From NCBI GenBank assembly GCA_964106915.2, contig OZ066918.1: a stretch of DNA of 64,000 bases; one strand, 5' to 3'. Of this stretch, positions 10,084 to 22,000 are shown piece by piece. The stretch is from Podarcis gaigeae (lineage: Eukaryota). A program made the translations under genes and the position numbers. The notes beneath the pieces were generated by a model. It saw only the letters and a program-made list of their open reading frames with translations, had not been told where the DNA came from and did no database searches. How positions within the stretch are numbered: position 1 is the first letter of the stretch; every line of letters starts with the position of its first letter.

Positions 10084-13000
10084 CAAGTCCTTGTCCTTAT
10101 TTTCTCCACCAAACCCCACTGCTGTAAGCAGCTCTGATCCTGTGGTGTGCCTGCAAAGGGCAGCATTCCACTGGAGAGTGCAAATTCTGTGCTTTGTCTG
10201 GACTGCAGTATGTGGCATTTCACATTAACCTTTTGTGACTGCAAACACTGCACTGGTACAAGCAGAGGGAACTCTTGTAGGTTTACCAACAAGACCACCT
10301 TGGTAGAATGACCGGTCTATCCACTTTCTGCCCTATGCCACAGACCAGAAAACTCTGTTGTACATAAATTTATTCTAGCCCTGAGAAACTCAAGCCAGAC
10401 TAAAAACATTATAGTGAAAAACTCTTTTATCTGGTGCAAAAACTGATCTTATGAACAAAATAAGATGCAACCAATGTGTGGGTATTCACATGCAGCAAAC
10501 TGCGTTGTATATTTGCTGTAATGTTCTGATCCTCAGTGTGGCAGGTGCAACAGTCAGAACAAAAATACAAGTAGCTACCCTCCCAACACCAGCATCACTG
10601 TTGCTTATCTAGATAGGCCTGAGGCAGGGTGGGGGCAAGATCAGGGACATGTGGTTGCACCAGCAAGAGTGACCCTGTCAATCCAGCATGTTCAGCGGTG
10701 CAACCACATGGCCCCGACCTCACCCCCACCCTGCCCAGGTTAGCAGCAATGCCCGTGATGGCTTCTCACCACCCGCTCCTGCACTGCTCCTGCATATAAG
10801 TCCCAAAAAGGCTATCAAAGAAACAGCTAAAATAAATGCAGGAAAGAATGTGAAGCTGTGTGTCATATTAGAATAAAATATTATTACCAGTAGCACAAGT
10901 GACTCTGTAGAGCAAACAAATACTCGTTGAAACTTTCTATGGGTTTTTCTTGCAGCACATAATCAATACGTCGTCCTCCATTTAGCAAACCAACTTTTAC
11001 AGCCAAGTCTTCATCTTTTGAAAGATCTGGGCTTTCAACGATCTTTTCTGTGGCAGCAGAAGGAAACAGAGCATGAAAAGTACATGGTAAATTGAATCTT
11101 TGATGAATTCCTGGTTCTGCCTTTCTGCAGTCTCTATTACACTTTATCCGTTTTAAGCTTGTTGGAATATTGTCTGGGTTGTTACAGCTGTGGGTTCCTC
11201 CTATTATCTACACAATGTGGGAAGGGCTGTAAGCTCAGTAAAGCATCTGCCTTAGAAGCAGGTCGGATTCAACCCCCTGATATCTCCAGGTAGGGCTGGC
11301 AGAGTCTCCTGACTGAGTCCCTAGAGAACTGCATCCCATCATCCCTGACCACTGGTCTTGCTCAGCAAGATGGCCCAATGGTATGTCACTACGAGGCAGC
11401 TCCTATGCGTTCCTAATAGTAAAAAACAGAAGCATAAGTTACGGGAGGTCAAACTTTCAAAGTATTTAATAACAGAACAACAGCCAATATTTGTGTGGTG
11501 TTTCATCATATTAGCTCAAATAAAGTAACAGTCAGAATAGTCTGCCATAAAAGCCAAAGCAAAAAGCTTCCCAAATACAAATTAAATTCTGTGGCTTGTT
11601 TCAGTTACCAAAAGGGATTCTGTGGTTGTGTTTCTCAAACTGCAGGCCTTCATACTATTTTACAAACTACACTTAAAAACTGAGGGGAGGTTCAAAAACA
11701 GTTTGCGGCAAGGAACAGTAGGGACTGTTAATCAAAGAAAAAAGCCAAAACTCCCATCAGGTTTCCAGGACCCATCAAGCCCTTCAGTACTTGTCAATAT
11801 TAATATATTATTTCCATCTGATTACTCTAGCACAAATTCTGATGTTACCAAAAAGCTTTTGCGGCTTTGACAAAAGCAAGGAAAACAGTGGTAAGCCATA
11901 TTAATCACAGACAGGATGAAGCTGGCAAACTGCTGGTCACTCAGAAGAGTATCATCTAGAGACAGTATTACAAGGGCAATTTATTTCAAGAGATATACCC
12001 CACTTTCATGTGGTCTGTACATGAAGTTTTTACAGCTAGCAAGGGGATGCTTGCAATTTGGCCAACAAAAGTTCAAAAGACACAAAGTGAAAAATGTTAT
12101 TGACAAAACTCTCATTCAGACAAAGTGTTCAAAGTAAAAATAAATTTAAAGATTATATGTTGGGGGAGTTACCCAGAGGCTACAGGGTTAGATATTCAGA
12201 ATGATAGGTAAGAATCTGAATCAAGCTTAACTTCCTAATACAAAGGTAATAAAACTGGGGCACGTCCCAGTCACTTAACATTTACAGTAAGGTAAAGGTA
12301 CCCCCGCCCGTACGGGCCAGTCTTGCCAGACTCTAGGGTTGTGCGCTCATCTCACTCTATAGGCCGGGAGCCAGCGCTGTCCACAGACACCTCCGGGTCA
12401 CGTGGCCAGCGTGACATTTACAGTAATTACTGAAAATATAATAGCCATGCAACAACTAACCGTCTGTCTCATCTTTTTCTTCTTCCTGTTTTATCTGATG
12501 AGCTACCTTCTCCAGTTCTGCTTGGAGCTGAATGGAAGATGTATGAGCACGTGCAAAGTCATTCAGGGTTTGCCAAGCACTTTTCAACGAGCTGATGAAA
12601 CCCTGTTTCAGGTCTGATCCCATTCGAGAAAGAGAGTCCTTCAATTCTGAAACAAGAACCATTCTCCAATAATTAGAAATGCCACAGAAATGATGAATTG
12701 TAAGACAAGCATTATTCCACAGGCACCAACTTATTTAGAGCGCATTTAGGAATATAGCTTCTATGAAATGAGCTATTCTGCCACCTTCAGGACAGATTTG
12801 TGTTGTAGAGGTACTGAAGTTCTAAAAGGAACTTGAGACAACTAGTACTTTGGGCAGCCGATACCAAAAAAATGAAATGCATTAAAAATGCAAGGACAAT
12901 ATCCTCAAGCATCCCATGTTATCACAATTCAGTAAAGGTAAAGGGACCCCTGACCATTAGAGGTCCAGTCATGGCCTCTGGGTTTGCGGCACTCATCTCA

Positions 13001-16000
13001 CTTTATTGGCCAATATAGTAGTTGATACTATTTTACAGCTGAAACTTTTTCCATGTGTAGAAATTAAGAGAATTATCTCACTACAAACAATAGGGATTAT
13101 ACAGCTGCCACCACATGCACAGCACTGCAAAAGCATTCATAAAGAGATATAACAGAATATGATCACCATGTCTCCTTACCCATTATATTAAGAGATGTGA
13201 AGACCCCAAAATATTTTTGTTCTGCAAGGCCCAGTGTAGAGGGAAATGGTAAACTGAGAGGGAAAATTGTGAATGGGGAAAGCCTTATGACACATCTGCT
13301 CCTTCAGAATGGTGAGTGAAATTATGCAAAATTTTATTTCTGAGAATGAACCTTCTTCTGTTTGTGTATTATAATCTATAACAATGGTGGAAAACTTCCA
13401 GCCCATGGGTCTAATTAGCCTGTGGGGCCATTTGGGGCAAACCATAGTCACCTGACATCATATGACAACAGGTGTGGAGATTTGTTATCTGATCCAAGCA
13501 TCTCAAAGGTTGGAGTTGATGCCTCTGCTGGTTCCTGTGCTGTCTCTGCCTTTTGCCTTTTACTGTCAAAAAGCAAGCAGGTGCTTCTCTTCAGTCTTAG
13601 TGGTCACACAGAAGTATGACTAAAGGTAAGAAAAATGCTGCCAGCTCTCTGACCATAAAAGGCAGCATTTTCACTACCCTCAATATTCTTCCTTTGCAGA
13701 CACAGCGTGGACACTGAATCACCTGACATCAGGTGATGGACAGTTGAGTGGTCCTGCCCACCTTCTCAAAATGACCCGTGAAGTAGTTAGCCAGTTCTGG
13801 ATCCAGCCTTCTGACTAGATCCCTATATTAGAAAATATATGAATACACTTTATTTACCAAGATGAAGCCTTTTTCTGCCTTTATGATGTGGAACAAGAAC
13901 TGGTTTTACGTCCAAGTCAGGAATAATCATAGGTTCTAGCCTATAAGCAACTGGATCGAGCTGGAAACAAGAAAGAAAGCAGTGATCAATCTAAACATCA
14001 ATCTTGTGGGAGCCTCACATGACCTTTCCCAAAGCCAGTTAAGGAAGGGGACTTAAAAAGCTCTTTCCACAGGAGACCTATTTCTAAAACGAATACTTAA
14101 ATAAAATTTAATGATGCAATAAAAAAGTATGACCATAATCCAGTGCAGAGATGCAACAAACTTAAAACTGCAGTCCTATACCTACTTGCCTGTAAGCCCC
14201 ACTGAGCAGATATGTATATGTACTGCACTGCTATTCCACTGGTTTGCAGGCCCACTGTATGTTACGGGGCTTAAGTAATTATCTTAACTAAATATACATT
14301 GGTACAGAAGTACCTGAAGGTGTGCTAAAAATCCGTTTCAGCCTAACAAATTGTTTTCCTGAGCTTTTAAAAAGATCCAATTAGGTGTTAAATAGATAGT
14401 CAGTCTATAGTCCTTTCGCTGAAAGTGATTGAAAACCTGTGCTTCTCACTAACCGGATGATAGATGTTGAAAAATCCCTTGCAAGTGGGGAGCCTGTAGT
14501 TTTCATCGATTTTTCCCACTCCTCTTACAGTGAGAAATACACCAATTGGCGAACCCAGAGCAAAGAAATTGTCTGGCTCAAAGTCAAGTGCACTATATAC
14601 CACAGACACCTAGAAGACAAAGAATTAAAAAAGAGATGATTAATACCTCCTTCATATGTCAGTCAGCCCACTTGAAAGCCACAGGTGTATCCCACAAGAC
14701 AGATATAAAGGTCTCATCTGATACTAACAAGCCTAGCAAAAACATATTTTATTAAAAACAGTGTTTCTGAGGAATGGATGGTATACAAATACCATATACT
14801 TCCACAACTGAAGTGAATCATCCATTCTCTGGGCCAGGATCCCACCGCTTCCATAACATATGACCCCATCATCATAGCACCAGTTCTGTGAATGGGGTAT
14901 GTGTCAAAAAAAAAAGGCAGTTCCATCAGTGAGGACTATTTTAACTTGCATAAAACTTACCTGACCAGTGCCCACTTCAAAATATTCATAATCTATGTTG
15001 GCAGAGGAAACTGAAGCTCCAACTGGAAGTCTTTTCTTGGATGGATCCTGGAGCATACCAGATTCTGAAGGTGAAGCAAAACTGACTACTTTCTTTGCTG
15101 CCTGCGCAGCCTCTTCCTGTGTCCGCATCATGGCTTCAATTGCTGCCTTTTTCTCCAATGCTGCTTTTCTCTGTTCCTATTGATGCAAAGATTTCAAAAG
15201 CTTTGGAGGAACTTTGGAGGAGGGGAAAGAAACCACCCCCCTGCTATGTCCTATTTAGTTTAATTATTGTATTGTATTATTGTATTCAACCAAGTCTTAA
15301 CTCACTCAAATCACCTTTTAATATTCATTCATTTTAAAATATTTACATTCCGTCTTTAGTGCCCGAGGCAGCATACAAGGCAAAATAAGAAATAAACCTC
15401 AAGAAGTCTACATAACATTACAAGTCAATTAGGTCCATATCAGTCAAATCCCACTAAAAGCTTGGCACAGTGTTCAAATGGTGCTTATCAGGAAGCAAAA
15501 ACAAATAGCCATGCAGAGGGTGTATCACACTCTGGGTGCTGCAACACAGGAGGCCCTGCCTTCATAGCCACATAGGAGCTGAACGTTCTTCAGATCCTCT
15601 GGCACTCAGAGAATACAGCACTTGATGGTTCACAACAAACACTTTGGACTGCATTCAGAAACAAACTAGCAGCCTAGTAAGATCTTTAAGCGCTGAAATA
15701 ATATGATCCATTTGCACTCGATTCTGCTAATCTATGGCTCAAGCCACCCTACACAATTCAGGAAAGCAAGTCATGAGGCTAGATCTCATGCCCTGTATCC
15801 ATGGCTCTCTTGACTCAACACATCTGAACATTTCACATTAAAGAACTACCGTATTGGCCCGAATATAAGCCTCACCTTTAAAATTCATGGGGGGGGGGGA
15901 GAGAAAAAAAAGGCAATACCAAAATATAAGCCGCTCCCTTAAAATTCCGCAGGCACTCACACCCGTTCCATTTTACCATATGTCTGTTTCAGCAGCAATA

Positions 16001-19000
16001 TCGTAAAAGCCAGTTTTTGTAAGGTGGAAAAATTTGGGGGAAAAGTACGGCTTATATTCGGGCCAATACGGTACGATACATGGTAGTTATTCAGCTGGAT
16101 GCGACCAGTACTAAAATTCATAGTATTAAAATTGTAGCCAGTTTTAACTAATTATGTGTACTTCTCAATGAAAGTATTTAATGTGTGAATCAGGTATTGA
16201 TTGTGGAGTATTTTGGAGACGCTACAATATCAAGCTTACATTGTATTCTTTTCTAATAGTTTTGTAAAATAAAACTTTGCAACTCTTGTTACTCTTTTCT
16301 TTCAACACTATTTCCTTTTGCATTGTGTACATATTATGTACGTATTAAGCTTTCTGGGAAGTACAACGTGCCTGTCTGTATTATTCTGACCGATTTCTTG
16401 TCTACTTTGACCAACCCTTTCTTATCCAACTCTCACCATGCCTATTTTTAATTCTTTGAGCAGCTCTATTACACTGAAGTATTACTGCCATAGTTCTGGC
16501 TTGCAAAGCAATCATTCCCTACCTGTTTGGCCGCTCTGTCTTTTACAAAGTTTGCTATCTTCTTTCGCGGCCCAAGAGGTATTCCCATTTCCTTCAGATC
16601 ATCAATCGTACACATCAGCTGTTTTGTAAATATATATATATATATATCAAGGTTTACTTATTCACTTTTTAAGAACACAGTTTAAAATTGCATATTTTAG
16701 TAAAAGAGAGATATCCAACAAACAAAATTCTGGAACCACAAATTCTAACTATTTCAGGCAAAGTAAATAGTGCAATACATGTCCAAATACACTCGTTTAA
16801 CTAAGCCTAAATACATGTAACTTAAATAATAGATATAGTTAATTCATTTAAATATGCCTCCATTTCCCTCCCTGGACCTTAATTCCAGACTGTGAGTATG
16901 GCAGGCTTCTAATCTCACATTCTTCTATAGTTACAAACTAGAGAAATGATCCCTGAAAGTGCTATACACATAGAAGGTATTATATAAAAATAAAAATCTC
17001 TACAGACCTATAGTTTAGACTGGATGCTGGTAATTTTTTCTAAGGTACAGGTTTATGTTGCAAACCCCTCTACTCTTTCTTGCAATGCATGTATAGGTGT
17101 GGGTGTGTGATCCCGTCTCCTGACACAATGTATTTTTATTTTTACGTATCTGGGTGTGTTATGCTGAAACCATTATATCAGCATGGGGAACCTTTCTTCT
17201 TCAAGGGCTGCATTCCCTCAGGGATAATTTATTGGTTGCCACATGCTGGTGGTGGCCAGGGAGAGCCAAAAGTCGAGTGCTCCCTTTCCCCCCCCCCCTC
17301 TTTCTACCACTACGTCCTTACCACCCACATGAAATTAGGCAAAGGACCACACGAAATAAAGTTAAAGTTGCCCACCCCAGGATTACACATTTCCACCTTT
17401 TGTAAAATTAGTCAGCAGTCCATTTTAACTTGCTACCTCCCCGTGCTAATGTAAATACCAGAGATTCTGTGTCAATCTTCTCCGTTTCAAATGTGCTGAT
17501 GTACTCAGACAAGCTAAGCATTTCCAGGGTTCTTTGCAAGGTTGGAATATCGTCCTCCACATCATGCTCATCGTTGGAAACAGAATGTACAGAACCAGCA
17601 GAATTAGACTCTACTGTCATCTTGAAAGAAAGAAAAATATTTGTGATTAAAAAAAACCAATTCCTAACAGTATGTGGAAGTCAAACGTATATCCAGAGAA
17701 ATGTAACTAAGCAATAGCCTTATTCAGGTTATTATTGCAGTGAATAAGAGGCCTGCCTGTTATGCATCACTCTTGACAGCTTCCCTGGGCAGAGTAACTT
17801 CTGCAGCAGATACCCTACCCAAAACCCCTGATCTTCCAGGGATCTTTATTTTGCAAGCAGCTGCCGCATGCAAAAGGCAGCCCGTAAAGTATGTAGACAG
17901 AGAATTGACTAGGCTGTATATTTCCAGTGTTTTGAAGATGGTTTAAACAGTTAAAAGAGCCGGCCAGACAAGTCTTAACGGACAAATGCTTTTTAGCACA
18001 AATACCTGCTGATCATATTCAGCTGCATCCTTCCCAATACCATTGGAAGCAACAGAAGCCACAGAATTAACCGTGGAAGTCCAGTCTTTCTGGTTGGACA
18101 GGATATCAAATAATATTAACGAACCTGGAGAAGCAAAACAAGATGTTTCAGGATAGCATTAATCTTGTCCAAACTTAAATAGAAAGACGTATGCTGACCT
18201 CTTGATCTGTTCTCTCAAACATATTTAGAGTTTCAGATGACCTAGGGGTGTTTCGTGCATGCAAACCAGATTACAGCAATGGTGTGCCCAAGCAGTCACA
18301 AAACCAAACATTGGACAACATCTCTCAAGAACTGTGGAATTTTTAAAAATAGCTTTTTGTTGAAAAAGCTTATCATTTTTAAGTTGTAGCATTACCCAAA
18401 CTATGACCAGCAACAGAGATTCCTCCTTTAAATTCAGGGTTTCTGCTCTTGAAAAGTGCATAGAGACGGTTCATTTCCAGTCCTACTTTATCCACAATCG
18501 TTTGACAGTAGGTGGGGCTACTGTAAAACAGTATGTCAAGCAGAGTCTCGTTGGTGAAATGACGAAGACGTCCAATGGTCGGCAAAGTTATTTTTTTAAT
18601 ATTCCTGGGAACACAAAATCAATAGATTAATAGCCATGTCATTTTCATTACATGACTAAAGAGCTTAGCTAAAAACAGGATGATCCCAATAGCTATTAGT
18701 TACAGTCAAGGTCCTCCAACCTCCAGAGCAGATTTGGGGTGCAGTGCTTCCCTCCCTGTTCCACTAACATAAGCCTTACAGTCAGCTGAGCAACACTGCT
18801 GGATACAGGCCCTACCATTTATATAGAGTCTGCACTATATAGTACTGTACTTTTCACTCTACTAGATGCCTTCATGTATAAGATCCCCCCTATTTTGGGG
18901 GACTCAATTTTAATGAGGGGAGATGACCCAAAGTTGTTGAGCCCCTTCCCCCCACGCAGCTGCAGGCAGGAAACACTCCCTTGATCATTTCCGCGCGCAG

Positions 19001-22000
19001 GTAGGGAGTGTTTCCCTCATGCAGCAGCATTGAAGGAAGTTGCGCTCCAGCCAGCCAGCCGGTTGGCCAGAGAGCACCGCCCCTCATGACGCTGCTGTTG
19101 GATGTAACATTAAACTGCGACTAATCAATAACAGAACCAAATGCTTCTGATCTTATTGTAGCTCCACCAAAAAAGAGTGCAAGTCCAAGGCTGCCTTTGG
19201 CTTGTTTCCATTATGATAAGCCACATAACTCTTAACACAATTATGTTATGATCACTTTTAATAGCATCCGCTAAACCAGATTCAATGATCTCTTTTATTT
19301 TAATGAGACAAGTTATAGTGAGGGTTATAGGACTATTCAGCTTGTGGCAATTCATTCTCAACCTGCAATACACATTTGAGCAGTTTTCAGTGAAAACATT
19401 CTATCACATTATTGTCTCAGCAGCTCATCTCTGGGACAGTGATCAATGATCAAACAACAAGCTAGCCCAGCTGAAACAGATTAGAAGTTTGGAGAATAAC
19501 TGTGTTTTGGTACTTCAGTATTTTAGACCTACCTATCCACTCCAGTTGCATCTCCATGCAGAGTACTATGCCAGTGAACTGGCAGGAACTCGACCCTGCT
19601 CACTTTAAGCTCTTCTACTGACTTTCTAAAATGTGACTGCAACAATTTCAGAGACACTGTCCGAAAATCATCAACTTTAAAAATGGAAGAAAAGAAGAGG
19701 TTAATGTTAACTCCACAAACTGATACCCATTACAAGTATTCAAATATATTTTCCAACAGTTCTTTACACTTTTGAAGTCTTGCTAATCTAATCAAAACTT
19801 TCCAATTCATAAACTGTATGAATAAGTGTAAATTTGTAAAACAATCACTACAATACAAAACAAAAAACATTAATTAGACAGAGCTAAAGTTTCACATTGT
19901 TTCAGTCTGATTTTGCTTTTAAAATCTCATATGACTTTGAAGTGATACCCATTTAAACATTAGAAAGCCACACTGGGGAAACGTTGCAGGAGCAATTCTT
20001 GTATTTTTTCCTTCTGACTGAAGGGGTTGTCATGCCTTCTATTTACAAAATAATTACATCAACAAAACTAAATTATGCTGTTTTCCCCTCACTGACCACT
20101 GGCTAATCTACCTATATAGTAAACATTCCCTTCCTTTCAGAAAGAAAACAACAGTACATCCTTTCATTTCCCATTCCATCCAAATCTATTTTTAATTCAG
20201 TTTTAAAAGGATATTTTGATGCAGCATCCATTGGAGTGATTGAAAGCTGTTTTCACATGATGTCAGAGACTGGCAAGCCACTGATGCAATGCGGGCAGGG
20301 GGCTGGAGTCTGACTCAGGAGAGGGGGGCAGTGTTTTGTGGGGGCCTGTTCTGGCCAGGAGGCAAGAATCAGAGGCAGAGGAAGCTTCAGAGCTGGAGGG
20401 TGGAGAACAGGATGAGTCAGAAGAGGAGGAAGAGGCAGGTCAGGCAGGAGAAGAGCTGGGTGCTTCCCCACCCTCTCTTGCACCACTGTCTCCCAGAACC
20501 TTGAGGAAACTGAGAAAGTTTCCATGCAGGCGCAGTCCTAAGCTAAGTGCACATAGCCTATCAAAGGGAGGTACATGAACTGGTGGAGGGTTGCTGCAAC
20601 ATGGACAGGGGAATAACTGCCTAGCCATTAGACTGATGTGTATAGATATCCAGAGCTGTAGAAGGGACTGGAAGTGTTACCTTTGATACTTCAACTACCT
20701 GCCATGTGCATTCTGCGGCTGGGAAGCACCCTGGACACATGATATCTAAGAAGTGGTGTGCCATAAAAGTCTATGGACCCATGATTTCATGCTCCTATGG
20801 CAAAGGTGGGGAATTTTTTTCAGGATAACAGACACATTCCCTACTAGACATCCCCCTTTCTAGGGAGCCACATGCCAAGGGTGGGCAAGGTGAGGGGCAA
20901 AAATGAATGGGGTGAATGGCACAAGGTGTGTAGGAAAGTGAATGCAACACTTGCCTTTGAACAATAGGCTACATTCCCGCCCCATAAAAGTTTCTACACA
21001 CACATCTCCTATCAGGGTTAATGGTGTTTCTCAAGTACAGAAACTATTTGCAGTTTATCAAAGTAAACAGAAGTTTTTTCTAGCATATTCTTTGTACGTG
21101 CAGAAGCTGAAGCTGGAACATTCTGTACGGAATTCTAGCTGGTCGGCACTTTTCATTTCTGCGAAGAAGCAAGCTGGATATTGTTTTGACTACATCTCAC
21201 TTCAAGGTCACTGGGAACAAACATCAGCTACCCAGCGAGCAGTTTCATTTTACTTTCGATTCTCTCTCTCTCTGCCTGGATTATTTCTTTCTCACTCTCA
21301 GTGTATTCTTGTATAGTGTTGGATTCTATATGAACTGCTTTTTTTGCTCAAGATGCACCTTGTCAAGGCTTTGACAAAGAACCACAAGATTCATGCATTA
21401 GTAAATTATTTTTAGTAAATTATTACTAATGACTCTTCTGTTTTTTATTGGCGTGCACACTACAGCAAGAGGTCTGCGACTCTGCTAATTAACCATTGAG
21501 CCAGGAAATGGGGAACTCTAATCCTAACATCTCTATACCCATATCCAAGCAAGCAATAGGTATTATCAGTTCAAGGACACACTGCAGAATGGTGTGGAAC
21601 ACAGCTGCTGAGGAGCAGGTTGGGGAGGTGACAGAACGGGGTTGGGTACCCCTAGGGCCAGACAGAGAGACCTGGACGCATGTATTCAACCCCCATGGTT
21701 TATGTTCCCCACTTCTGCATTAATCAACAATAACGTAACTTCACGATGATATATAAATGCTGACAAGAGTAAATTACGACACAGTAAGATATCAGCAAAA
21801 GAAACTCCTGCACACACACGGTCTAAACACACACCACATTCAACGATGCTTCTGAATCGCAGGTCACAGACAGGGCCAATGCCATGGACCATGAATACTA
21901 GATGATCGATTTGAGACACCTCACCTATAAAAGTGAAAAGAAATAGCAACAGTTTTCATTAAATAGCAATGGGAATCTCTAGCCTTCTTTTTGTTTCTGG

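Noticed and set aside
9878-10298. ORFs with poly-V/N/L/T/Y runs
   Set aside because: Translations of the (AGT)n(AAT)n microsatellite.
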